Shown here one piece after another: positions 30,524 to 39,988 of a DNA stretch of 64,000 nt. Origin of the DNA: Alphaproteobacteria bacterium (GTDB lineage Bacteria; Pseudomonadota; Alphaproteobacteria; UBA7887). The stretch covers positions 2,080,001 through 2,144,000 of the forward strand of contig CBDCGL010000011.1 in NCBI GenBank assembly GCA_965216755.1, given 5' to 3'. Both the position numbers and the translations under genes were made by a program. The notes under the pieces are model-generated. The model saw nothing but the letters and a program-made list of their open reading frames with translations, searched no databases and had not been told where the DNA came from. How positions within the stretch are numbered: the first letter of the stretch is position 1; every line of letters begins with the position of its first letter.

Positions 30524-30901
30524 ATGCGCCAGGATGTGTCCCCTCTTTCGCTGAGCCGGCGCCACGGCGCTACCGGCCTAGTTATGTCCGCCACATTGTG
30601 TGTGGTCTTTGCGGCGTGCTTGGTAGCCTTTCTGCCAGCCAAGGCCCGTGCCGAACAACAAATCAGGATCGAGATTAGCAACGAGTCCGATATGAAACGC
30701 AGCATCGAGTTGCGCGATATGCTGTGCGAAGAACGGGTTGTATTCCGCGCAAAAATGGAACCAGGTGAGTCTAAGAAAGTGCGCATTTGCGCCGACGACC
30801 AGGGCATCGGCGCGGTCGCGGCCGTCGTGGCGACCGGCTGCGCGAGCGCCACGGTCAACATGCATCAAGGGCTCAAGAACGGTGACGTACTGGCGCCTTG
30901 A
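30524..30901 (+). CDS. Hypothetical small secreted protein
   Basis: Hydrophobic signal ending AKARA; beta-rich mature part with three Cys. Start uncertain. Confidence 0.6.
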   Translation: MRQDVSPLSLSRRHGATGLVMSATLCVVFAACLVAFLPAKARAEQQIRIEISNESDMKRSIELRDMLCEERVVFRAKMEPGESKKVRICADDQGIGAVAAVVATGCASATVNMHQGLKNGDVLAP

Positions 30902-31259
30902 TGTTCAGCGACTGTGCGGCAAGCGCGGCCCGGAGCGCGATGCCCTCATTCGATCCGCGTTGAGGCCGGGAGCTAAGTGCCTGAACACAATCTAGTGATC
31001 CGGGTGAACAAGTTCATAGTCGGGTTTGCGCAGACTTGCTATTGAGCGACCAAATAAGGACCACCGACACAATCGGAGGCCGTCATTCTCGACCGTCGCT
31101 GAGAACGCTCCGTGTTGGGTGCGTTAGTCTGATTGTTCGCGGTTCTGGTCCATGGTCACTGGCATTACAATTACCCGGAAATCTGATTTGGCGCCGTGTT
31201 CTTGCCAAGGGAACGGTGCGCGCGCGCGGCTCTTGCCGTGCGCCCAGAAGGGATTGCCG

Positions 31260-34200
31260 GTGCAGGACATCAGATTATGGCTGCAGGAGATCGGGTTGGG
31301 CCACTACGGTGACGTTTTCGCCCGTAATGACGTCGACCTGGACCTGTTGCCTGAATTGAGTGACGAAGATCTGCGCGAACTGGGTGTCTCGCTCGGTCAC
31401 AGGCGGCGCATCTTGAAGGAGATCGCAGACCGCCCTCAGCACGAGCCAACACAGCCTGACACCGCGGACGATCCTTTCGCCGCGGCTCCGGCCGCGGAGC
31501 GCCGTCAGATCACCGTCATGTTTTGCGACTTGGTCGGATCAACAGCGCTTTCGGAAAGTCTGGACCCTGAGGATTTGCGCCGTCTAATGGGTGCGTATCA
31601 ATCGACCGCGACGGCCGTCATCCGGCAATATGATGGCCATATCGCACAGTATCTTGGCGATGGCCTGCTGGTCTATTTTGGTTTTCCCCGTGCTCACGAG
31701 GACGATGCCCAACGGGCCGTGCGCGCCGGTTTGGAAGTGATCGACGCGATCCGCGCCATCGAATCCCCCATACCCTTGGCCGTGCGCGTGGGTATCGCGA
31801 CCGGGCGCGTCGTCGTCGGAGAAACGACCAGCGGTGACAGCTTCGTACCTGGCACGGCCGTCGGGGAGACACCCAATCGCGCCGCCCGCCTGCAAGCACT
31901 GGCGGACCCCAACACCGTGGTGATCGGCGAACGAACACGTCGTCTGTTGCGTGGCGCATTCGAACTGATCGATCTTGGCGAGCATCGCCTAAAAGGCTTG
32001 TCGCGCCCGGTGCGAAGTTTTCGGGTCGGTGGCGAAAGCGATGCGATCAGCCGCTTTGACGCGGCGCAAAGTACCGGCGTGACTCCGTTGGTCGGGCGCG
32101 ACCATGAAATCGGCTTGATGCTGGAGCGGTGGCAGCAAGTGACCGATGGCGATGGTCAGGTTCTGCTGGTCAGCGGTGAAGCCGGAATCGGTAAGTCTCG
32201 GATCGTCAGCGCATTTCTTGATCAGCTGACGGGGGCGTCGAAAAACTTATTGCGCTATCAGAGCTCGCCCTATCACACCAACACCGCGTTCCAGCCGGTG
32301 ATCGAGTATTTTTTGCGTGCGGCGCGGATTCGGCCCGGCGATGCCGCTCCGGCGCGGTTGGAGAAACTTGAGGCGTTCGCGGCCGAGAGTGGACTACCGC
32401 GTGAACATGTTGTGCCCTTGTTCGCGACAATATTGGCGATTCCGCTTGGCACCCGCTTCGCCGACGTCCAGGCCAGCCCGCAAATGCAGAAGAAACGCGT
32501 CATCGAAGCATTTGCGGATCGGATGGTGTATTTGTCGCGCCACCAACCCTTGGTGTGGGTGTTTGAGGATGCCCATTGGGGTGACCCGACAACACTGGAA
32601 TTGCTCAATAGCTGCATCAATCGGTTGATGGGACACCCGGTTTTGGGAATCGTCACCTGTCGCCCAGAATTTGACCCGCCCTGGGGCTTCTTGCCGCATG
32701 TCACGCAGCTCTTGCTCAGCCGGCTGGGGCGCCGGCAAAGCGCAACCATGGTCGAACATGTGCTCGGCGGCAAAGGGGCCTCAGCCGAATTGATCAACGA
32801 GATTGCCACCAAGGCCGACGGAATTCCGCTGTATGCCGAGGAATTAACCAAGGCGGTGATTGAGTCCGGCACACAGGAGGACGCCGGCGACCGTTTTCAT
32901 CTGACTGGCCCCCTGTCGACGATTGCCGTCCCCGACACGCTCCACGACTCACTTATGTCGCGGCTTGATCGCGAGGCCGCCGCGCGGGATGTCGCCCAAA
33001 TCGCGGCGGTGATTGGTCGCGAGTTTTCATACGCCCTATTGGCGGCGGTTTCCGGCTATGGCGAGGAACGCCTGGACGAAAGCTTGGATCGGTTGTTGGA
33101 AGCCGACCTGATCAGCCGCCGTGGCGTGGGCGCGCACGCGTCCTATAGTTTCAAGCACGCCTTGCTGCGGGATGCCGCCTATGCGTCATTGTTGCGCAGC
33201 GACCGGCGACGCCTTCACGCACGGGTCGCTGAGATGCTCGAATTGCAGCGATTCGAAGCTATCGAGAAACAGCCGGAGCTGCTGGCGCACCACTATACCC
33301 ACGCCGGCGACCATTGGCAGGCGGTCGAGTATTGGCTACGGGCTGGAAAACGCGCGGCCGCAATGTCGGCCAACGAAGAAGCGATCGCCCATCTGCGCGC
33401 CGGACTGGATGTTTTGGCGATGGAGTCCGAAACCGAGGCGCGATTGCGCAAGGAGTTGGAGATCCAGGTCGCGCTGGGCGTCCCCTTGATTATTGCCAAG
33501 GGCTATGCCGTGCCGGACACGGCGGAAGCCTACAATCGCGCGCGCGATCTATGTGATCGCTTCGGCGATATTGAGCAATATCCGCGCGTCCTGTTCGGCT
33601 TGTGGGGCTACCACCGGATGCGCGCGGAGCTCATGGTCGCGCGTGACCACGCGGTCGCGCTGATGGTTGACGCCGAACGGCGTGACGATCGCGTTTCACT
33701 GATCATGGCGCACCACGTCATCGGCAGCACAGTATGGAATCTCGGCCAAAACGATGCCGCGCTGATGTATTTCGAACGGCTGCTGGAAATCTACCACCCG
33801 CAGCAAGATCGACAGCTGGGCTTTTCCATGGCCCTCGATCCGCGCACGCAAGCACAATGCTACCTCACCTGGATCCACGCCGCGCTGGGCAATACACGCC
33901 GCGCTGAGTCGCTGATGACGGAGGCCTTGGACGAAGTCAAGCACCTGTCGCAACCCTATTCGTCGGCCTTGGCGCATCTAGCCGGCGCACGGTTCTATGT
34001 CTGGCAAGGGCGCGCGAGTCTGGCCGAGGAACGGGCCCGCACAAGCTTGGCCATATCGCGAGAACAAGGCATACCCTTCTACCAAGCTTTCTCACAAATC
34101 GTATTGGGGTTGGCTCTGTCGCGCCAAGGCCAAGTCGAGGAAGCGGTCAGTGAAGTTGAACGCGGCCTCGCCGCCTATCGATCCATCGATGTCTTGCTTA

Positions 34201-34613
34201 ACCGGCCCTATCTTCTGGGGGCGTACGCAGAAGTTGTTGCCGAGGCCGGTCGCTGGGACGATGCCTTTAACACCATCAATGAAGCACTGGCCATAGCTCA
34301 TGACACTGAAGAGCGCTGGTGGGAATCCGAGCTGTATCGTCTCAAAGGCACGTTCTTAACCGAAACCGTGCCACACGATCACGAGCAAGCTATCGACTGC
34401 TTCAAAACCGCTATCTCCGTTGCCACGCGCCAGGGCGCACATGCGTTTGCCCTACGGGCGGCAATTGACTTGGCGCGTCTGTGGCACAGCAATGATCACA
34501 ACAGCAACGCGCGCGACACGCTGCGACCAGCCTTCGATGCGCTAAAAGACGGTGACGCCACCGAAGACCTCGACGCCGCGCGCGCGCTTCTGGCCACGCT
34601 GGAGGGCGGCTGA
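31260..34613 (+). CDS. SAM + class III nucleotidyl cyclase + STAND ATPase + TPR protein
   Basis: SAM (WLQEIGL..DLRELGVSLGHRRRIL); cyclase (DLVGST, GDGL, VGIATG, NRAARLQ); Walker A GEAGIGKS; Walker B VFEDAHW; FKHALLRD; TPR C-terminus. Confidence 0.92.
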   Translation: MQDIRLWLQEIGLGHYGDVFARNDVDLDLLPELSDEDLRELGVSLGHRRRILKEIADRPQHEPTQPDTADDPFAAAPAAERRQITVMFCDLVGSTALSESLDPEDLRRLMGAYQSTATAVIRQYDGHIAQYLGDGLLVYFGFPRAHEDDAQRAVRAGLEVIDAIRAIESPIPLAVRVGIATGRVVVGETTSGDSFVPGTAVGETPNRAARLQALADPNTVVIGERTRRLLRGAFELIDLGEHRLKGLSRPVRSFRVGGESDAISRFDAAQSTGVTPLVGRDHEIGLMLERWQQVTDGDGQVLLVSGEAGIGKSRIVSAFLDQLTGASKNLLRYQSSPYHTNTAFQPVIEYFLRAARIRPGDAAPARLEKLEAFAAESGLPREHVVPLFATILAIPLGTRFADVQASPQMQKKRVIEAFADRMVYLSRHQPLVWVFEDAHWGDPTTLELLNSCINRLMGHPVLGIVTCRPEFDPPWGFLPHVTQLLLSRLGRRQSATMVEHVLGGKGASAELINEIATKADGIPLYAEELTKAVIESGTQEDAGDRFHLTGPLSTIAVPDTLHDSLMSRLDREAAARDVAQIAAVIGREFSYALLAAVSGYGEERLDESLDRLLEADLISRRGVGAHASYSFKHALLRDAAYASLLRSDRRRLHARVAEMLELQRFEAIEKQPELLAHHYTHAGDHWQAVEYWLRAGKRAAAMSANEEAIAHLRAGLDVLAMESETEARLRKELEIQVALGVPLIIAKGYAVPDTAEAYNRARDLCDRFGDIEQYPRVLFGLWGYHRMRAELMVARDHAVALMVDAERRDDRVSLIMAHHVIGSTVWNLGQNDAALMYFERLLEIYHPQQDRQLGFSMALDPRTQAQCYLTWIHAALGNTRRAESLMTEALDEVKHLSQPYSSALAHLAGARFYVWQGRASLAEERARTSLAISREQGIPFYQAFSQIVLGLALSRQGQVEEAVSEVERGLAAYRSIDVLLNRPYLLGAYAEVVAEAGRWDDAFNTINEALAIAHDTEERWWESELYRLKGTFLTETVPHDHEQAIDCFKTAISVATRQGAHAFALRAAIDLARLWHSNDHNSNARDTLRPAFDALKDGDATEDLDAARALLATLEGG

Positions 34614-34633
34614 ACGGACCGCGCGGTTCAGTC

Positions 34634-35201
34634 TAGCAGGCTGCTGAAAAACGACGCGTCTTAAGCACGGTATCATGATTCTCTGGTGGGGCAGGATGGG
34701 GGATGCGATGCGTGGTCAGGACGGTCGGAGCGGTGATCTTTTTAGCTATGTGAATTTCGAGGCACGGGTTGCGAGGAAGCATCCTTTGCGCTTGATCCGG
34801 GTGATCGTGGACGATGTGCTTGAGAATTTATCGGCGGAGCTTGGCTCGGTTTATTCGGATATGGGCCGGCCATCGATAGCGCCTGAGAAGCTTTTGCGCG
34901 CGCTGTTGTTGCAAGCGTTTTATTCGATCCGTTCCGAACGTCAACTGATGGAACAGCTGGAATTCAACTTGCTTTACCGCTGGTTTGTCGGGCTTGGCGT
35001 GGACGACGTGGTTTGGGACAGCAGCACGTTTTGCAAGAAGCGTGACCGGCTTCTCAAAGCAAAGATATCGGCCAAGTTCCTGACCGGTATCATCGGCCAC
35101 GAGCGGGTGGCGCGGCTGTATCGCAAAGGCAACGGCCGAGAAAGCCGGCTTTCAAAACCAGACAAAACAATCACTGCACAGACGTCTTCAGCAGCCTGCT
35201 A
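34634..35201 (+). mobile_element. IS5-family internally deleted element with intact terminal inverted repeats
   Basis: Perfect 15-bp inverted repeats TAGCAGGCTGCTGAA (34634-48) and TTCAGCAGCCTGCTA (35187-201) enclose a transposase remnant. Confidence 0.9.
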
Positions 35202-35202
35202 A
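34708..35202 (+). pseudogene. IS5-family transposase remnant (N-terminal DUF772-like part; DDE core deleted)
   Basis: HPLR, GRPSIAPEKLLRALLLQ..YSIRSERQLMEQL..NLLYRWFVGL, then a jump to ARLYRKG and the end. Confidence 0.88.
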
Positions 35203-35246
35203 TGCATTTCACGCTCACATGTGTTCGCATCTCATGTTCTATCTCT

Positions 35247-35260
35247 TTGATATCGATCAA
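35247..35260. promoter_or_regulatory. Perfect FNR/FixK/NnrR box upstream of nnrU
   Basis: TTGAT-ATCG-ATCAA. Confidence 0.75.
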
Positions 35261-35265
35261 CTTAT

Positions 35266-35295
35266 CTTCGTTCAAACGATTCCGTTTGAACGAAG
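35266..35295. promoter_or_regulatory. Perfect 13-bp inverted repeat (operator or hairpin)
   Basis: CTTCGTTCAAACG-ATTC-CGTTTGAACGAAG. Confidence 0.55.
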
Positions 35296-35327
35296 TTTGA
35301 TCTAGTACGTGTCGCCGCGGCACGCCC

Positions 35328-36017
35328 ATGACGCATCTGGTGATTGCCAGTTTGGTCTTTGTCGGCGGCCACAATTTGATCTCTGGAACCGGTGCGCGCG
35401 ACCGCATGGTCGGCCGGCTCGGTGAGCGCGGCTTTCTGGTCGCATTTTCCGTGTTCTCGGTGGCAAGCCTGATTTGGCTTGTTCTTGCCTATCGTGCGGC
35501 GCCTTTCATCGCCGTTTGGATGCCAAGCGCGGGGCACCGCTGGGTCACGTTCGTTCTCTCGGTGACCGGCATGACTTTGATCGTCTTGGGCGCGGCGGCA
35601 TCTCTGCCGCAAAGCGATAATTCGACAAACAGCGCCGTGGCGCGCGGCGCTTCGGCGATCACGCGCCATCCCATGGTATGGGGCGGCGTTCTGTGGGCTT
35701 TGGGCCATTGCGTAACCAACGGCGATGCCGCGTCTTTGGTTTTCTTTGGCGGTCTGGTCGCTTCAGGCCTGGCCGGCGCCTTGTCACAGGAACGCAAAAA
35801 ACGTCAGCGGATGGGCGATGATTGGCCACAATTTGCGGCCACTTCGTCGTTCTTGCCGCTGGTCGCCCTCATCATGGGTCGTGCGCGACTAACCATGAGC
35901 GACATCGGCTGGCGACCGATCGCTGCCACGCTTGTGGTGATATCTCTGATTCTATGCCTCCACCCGCTGATTATTGGGGTTTCGCCGCTGCCCGTCTTGG
36001 TCGAACTGAACTGGTAA
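35328..36017 (+). CDS. NnrU family membrane protein
   Basis: FVGGH, R.RMVGRLGE, ITRHPMVWG..LWALGH..NGDAAS, SSFLP, LHP..IGVSP. Confidence 0.88.
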   Translation: MTHLVIASLVFVGGHNLISGTGARDRMVGRLGERGFLVAFSVFSVASLIWLVLAYRAAPFIAVWMPSAGHRWVTFVLSVTGMTLIVLGAAASLPQSDNSTNSAVARGASAITRHPMVWGGVLWALGHCVTNGDAASLVFFGGLVASGLAGALSQERKKRQRMGDDWPQFAATSSFLPLVALIMGRARLTMSDIGWRPIAATLVVISLILCLHPLIIGVSPLPVLVELNW

Positions 36018-36086
36018 AAGTGCCTGCGTAATAGGCGGCAATCTCGTGCGGGCTTGAGCGCAACAATTGTCACGTTGGTCAAGTTG

Positions 36087-37607
36087 CTATTGGTCCCGGC
36101 GCAGGCGCGCTTCCACTTCGTGCCGTTGAATTTTTCCCGTTGTGCTACGGGGCAGTTCATCCAACGCCACAAAGTGAATCTGCTTTGGTCGCTTATATCC
36201 GGCAAGCTTGTCACGACAGCGCGCGACGAGATCATCGCTGGTCAGGGACCGGTCGCCGCGGGCCACGACCGCGACCGGAACTTCACCCCATTTCGGGTCG
36301 GACGCACGCACGACCACCGCGTCCGCGACCCGCTCATCTTCCAACAGAACCCGTTCGATCTCGGCTGGGTAAATGTTCTCGCCACCGGATTTGATTAGAT
36401 ATTTGGCGCGGTCGACGAAATCGAACGTACCGTCGTCATGGCGCCGAAACATATCGCCCATGTGAAACCAACCACCACGGAAATCTTCGGTATTGGCGTC
36501 ATCATTCTGCCAATAGCCGCTGAACAGCGTCGGCCCGCGCATCGCCAGCTCGCCCGGCGTCCCTAATGGCACATCGCGATCGTTCTCATCAACCAACCTG
36601 ACTTCGCAGTAACTGCTTTGAGTCTTGGCTAAGCTCGACGGCACAACCCCCGGGGGAATCTGTCCCGCCGATGTCGGCGGGATACCGGTTTCAGTCGATC
36701 CAAAGCTGTTGAGATAGGGCGCGTTGAGCAAACGCGACACGTCGGAGATCTGGTGACGCGGCACCAAATCCGCCATCGCGCCGGCGACTCGGATCGCCCG
36801 CGGGCGCGCGTCCTCCGCCTGCAGTCTCGCGATAGTCTGATCGATCACCCCCGGCATCAGACAAAACCAAGAGATCGGTTGATCGGCCGCCACGCGCACC
36901 AGTGCATCCAAGTCAAAACCGTCGACGACAAAAACCCGACCGCCGACCAACAGGGAACCAATCGCCAAATCCATCGAAGCCATGTGGAACATGGGCGGCC
37001 AGGCGGGAAACGTCTCGCGGCGCGACAACCCGTAATCGACGCAGAATACGAGCACTCGATAAAGAAACGCGCGATGGCTGATCACCGCCCCCTTCGGTCG
37101 ACCCGTCGTGCCGCTGGTGTAAAGGATAACCAAGCCATCTTCGGGCAGGGCCACGTCCGGCGGTTCGTCGCCTCCGGCTTCGCTCAATGCACGCTCATAG
37201 GCATCGCCAAAAACCAACACCCGTTCTGTATGATCCGGCGTCAGCCGCTCGGCATGTCGCGGCGAAACCAACGCGAATCTTGGCGCAGCCAAGTCGATAC
37301 AATAGTCGAGCTCATCGGCCGACAATCGCCAATTTAACGCCGCCAGCATGGCCCCAGATTTCGCCGCGGCAAAAGCGGCCTCGACATACTCGATCCGATT
37401 TTCAGCCAAAACGGCAACGCGATCGCCGCGCTGAACGCCATATTTTTCAAAGAGATTAGAGAGCCGATTTACGCGTTCGTTGAACTGGCGATAGGTGAAA
37501 CGGCGAACCCCGTCCTCGATCGCCACAGTACGCGGTCGGATCGTGGCCTGTTGGCGTAGCAATCCACCTACTGTCGTGTGTGCCGCGTGTCGAACGACGT
37601 CAAGCAT
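36087..37607 (-). CDS. Acyl-CoA synthetase (AMP-binding)
   Basis: YTSGTTGRPKG, FGSTE, WFHMGD, KSGGENIYPAEIE, LPRSTTGKI. Confidence 0.93.
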   Translation of the reverse strand: MLDVVRHAAHTTVGGLLRQQATIRPRTVAIEDGVRRFTYRQFNERVNRLSNLFEKYGVQRGDRVAVLAENRIEYVEAAFAAAKSGAMLAALNWRLSADELDYCIDLAAPRFALVSPRHAERLTPDHTERVLVFGDAYERALSEAGGDEPPDVALPEDGLVILYTSGTTGRPKGAVISHRAFLYRVLVFCVDYGLSRRETFPAWPPMFHMASMDLAIGSLLVGGRVFVVDGFDLDALVRVAADQPISWFCLMPGVIDQTIARLQAEDARPRAIRVAGAMADLVPRHQISDVSRLLNAPYLNSFGSTETGIPPTSAGQIPPGVVPSSLAKTQSSYCEVRLVDENDRDVPLGTPGELAMRGPTLFSGYWQNDDANTEDFRGGWFHMGDMFRRHDDGTFDFVDRAKYLIKSGGENIYPAEIERVLLEDERVADAVVVRASDPKWGEVPVAVVARGDRSLTSDDLVARCRDKLAGYKRPKQIHFVALDELPRSTTGKIQRHEVEARLRRDQ

Positions 37608-37615
37608 CGCAGCCC

Positions 37616-38593
37616 CTATTCCAGTTCTTGTTTGGTGCCCTGGTCAAGCTCGACGTGGCTCTCCATGGGCAAGGCCGGGTCGGCCGACCATTCGGCCAAC
37701 GACCCGTCATAGACGCGCACGTGGGGATTGCCCAGTAGAACACGGGCGGCAAACCACCCGACCGAGCTTTCGAATCCGGCATTGCAAAACAGGATCACCT
37801 CGCCCTCGGTTGGCACACCGGCGGCTGCAAACAGGCGCCGCAGGTTCTCCGGCGAGCGAAACACGGCGCCAGCGTCAACAGTCATCCAGGTCATCGGCAT
37901 GTTGCGCGCACCCGGGATCGTGCCCCGGCGCGCCAAGATCGGTTCGGCGTTTATTCCTAGGAAATGATCATGGCTGCGCATGTCCACCAGCGGCGTCCCT
38001 GCTTCAATGGCCTTCAATAGGGCGTCACGCTCGACAACGATGTCCGGGCGTGGCGACGGCACATAGGTGGTCGGCGTGGGTTCGTGGATACCAACTTCAA
38101 TGTCATTTTCCCAATCGTCGGTCCATGCTGGCAGACCACCGTTCAATATCGAGACCCGTTCATGCCCAACAAAGCGAAAAGCAAAATAGATCCGTGCAAC
38201 CTCAGCCACGTCAAAGGCGCCAAGCCCATCGCCATGCAGAACAACGTGACTATCGTTTCCGACCCCCAAACGGCCGATCAACGTCGCCAGTTGCGCAGCC
38301 GGTGGCAACATGTTGACGATCCCGTCCACCCACATACGCCATCCGTCTTCGTAGTAGTGGGTATGGACCGCGCAAGGTATATGTCCGGCCTGGTAGTTGG
38401 GTACCGAGTTGCGCACGTCGATGACCACCACGTCGTCCGCACACACATGTGCTTGCATCCACGCAACGTCGACCAAAGACGGGGCGGCAGGTTGCGCCCA
38501 AAGCGGCGCGGTCGATCCGGCCCATGAAATCACCAATCCGGCACCGCAAATCGACGTCAGAGTGCAGCGCATGAAATTTCCTATTGCCCTCAT
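37616..38593 (-). CDS. Exported tandem-domain rhodanese / sulfurtransferase (SseA-like)
   Basis: YQAGHIPCA, ILNGGLPAW, GTIPGA, active-site CNAGFES, YDGSLAEW; signal-like N-terminus. The ORF-track extension to 38779 lies inside the IS. Confidence 0.88.
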   Translation of the reverse strand: MRAIGNFMRCTLTSICGAGLVISWAGSTAPLWAQPAAPSLVDVAWMQAHVCADDVVVIDVRNSVPNYQAGHIPCAVHTHYYEDGWRMWVDGIVNMLPPAAQLATLIGRLGVGNDSHVVLHGDGLGAFDVAEVARIYFAFRFVGHERVSILNGGLPAWTDDWENDIEVGIHEPTPTTYVPSPRPDIVVERDALLKAIEAGTPLVDMRSHDHFLGINAEPILARRGTIPGARNMPMTWMTVDAGAVFRSPENLRRLFAAAGVPTEGEVILFCNAGFESSVGWFAARVLLGNPHVRVYDGSLAEWSADPALPMESHVELDQGTKQELE

Positions 38594-38614
38594 ATCTTCA
38601 CAATCTTGGTGCAG

Positions 38615-39713
38615 CCTCGGCAAGGCCGTTGCTTTCAGGACTGGCGACCGGCGTGAAACATGGTTCCAAATTGAGCGCCATGGCAAAGTCGCGCGTGTCC
38701 TTGGCGGTGTAGGGTGATCCGTTGTCGGACAGGAATTCGATCCGCCGCGGCGCGGACAGTGTCGCGAACCGTGTTTCAACCGCTTCGAGCATCATGTCGC
38801 GCACGTCCGAACCGCTGATGCCCCGGCCGGAAACGGCGACATGGGCGATCAACTCCCGATCGTGAGCATCAATGACAAACGCGGCGCGGACAATGTCACC
38901 GTTCCAACACGCGAACTCAAAGCCGTCCGAGCACCATCGCAAGTTCGAACTCATGACGACGACTTTGCCGTCATGGACACGGCCGTCACGACGTCCAGAC
39001 GATTTGCGCAGCAACAAACCATGTCGCTTCATGAGCCGATAGACGCGCTTGTGGTTCGGCAGGGGTTCGTTGACGCGCGCTAACTCTCGGCGCGCCAGGG
39101 CCGTGATCCGGCGATAGCCGTAAGTCGGCCGTTCATCGGATCAGTTCCAACAAGGCCGCGTCGCCCGGTTTGCGATAAGCGCCGCGCGATCGGTTGGCCC
39201 CCTGTGTCCGCTCGTACAGGTTCGAGCGCGACACGCCCAGCGTTCTGGCCACGGCGCTCATCGGGTATCGCCCCGTAGCGGCGAGGCAACGTGCAAGATC
39301 GGTTTTTTTGCCCGCGACCGCTCAAGGGCCTCGCGCAGGATTTCCACCTCCATGGTCTTCTTGCCAAGCAAGCGCTCGAGTTCACGTACTTGTGCCTCAA
39401 GCTTCTTGAGCTTCGCCGACCACCGTCTCGTCTGCCCCCACAGCCACGGCGCCCCCTTCTTTCATCAACCGCCGCCAACGATACACTAAATTGGCGCCAA
39501 CCCCATGACGTCGGGCGACAGCCGAAACACTCGCACCAGGCGCAAGCGTTTCCTCGACAATCGCCAGCTTTTGTTGGGCCGACCAATGCCGTCGACGTGC
39601 GGTTCCTGTGATCACTTCGATGCTGAAAGTCATCAGACATAAGCACATGCTTAGGGCTATGCCTAAGCCTCCCTGCTTACGCCGACTGTCCGGTCGAAAT
39701 GGGGGCCAATTCA
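38615..39713 (-). mobile_element. Degenerate IS3-family (IS2-like) element
   Basis: Left end TGAATTGGCCCCCATTTCGACCGGACAG at 39713. OrfA (RRRHWSAQQKLAIVEET..VARRHG) is frameshifted, with an A7 slippage site near 39303-09. OrfB (WCSDGFEF, DAHDRE, LSDNGS, SPESNGLAEA) is truncated and no right IR was found. Confidence 0.88.
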
Positions 39714-39839
39714 GAGTATAAGTAAAGGCGATTGGGACTATAGCTAGTCGATCAAAGCACACATTCACTATCTATAATGCCGTCGGCGCCAGAGATTCGG
39801 CCGGCTTTTTGGATAACCAGTCTTTTGGGAGAAGCAACC

Positions 39840-39914
39840 ATGTGGACGACCCCTGTTGTTCGTGAGATCGCCGTTGGACTTGAGATCAACTGCTACGCCT
39901 GCGCCGAACTCTAG
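39840..39914 (+). CDS. pqqA: PQQ precursor peptide PqqA (24 aa, MWTTPVVREIAVGLEINCYACAEL)
   Basis: GGAG RBS; W..P leader and E-x-x-x-Y core; immediately upstream of pqqB. Not in the ORF track. Confidence 0.95.
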   Translation: MWTTPVVREIAVGLEINCYACAEL

Positions 39915-39988
39915 AGCACGTTCGGCCAAACGATGACGATACCCCCTACCCGGCGGCGGAAAGAAAGCCACTAAGTGGAGGCATTTTA

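Noticed and set aside
35223-35239. GTTC..GTTC as a LexA box near nnrU
   Set aside because: The spacer is 9 nt rather than 7.
38594-38779. N-terminal extension of the sulfurtransferase
   Set aside because: It is an alternative frame of the IS3 orfB remnant.
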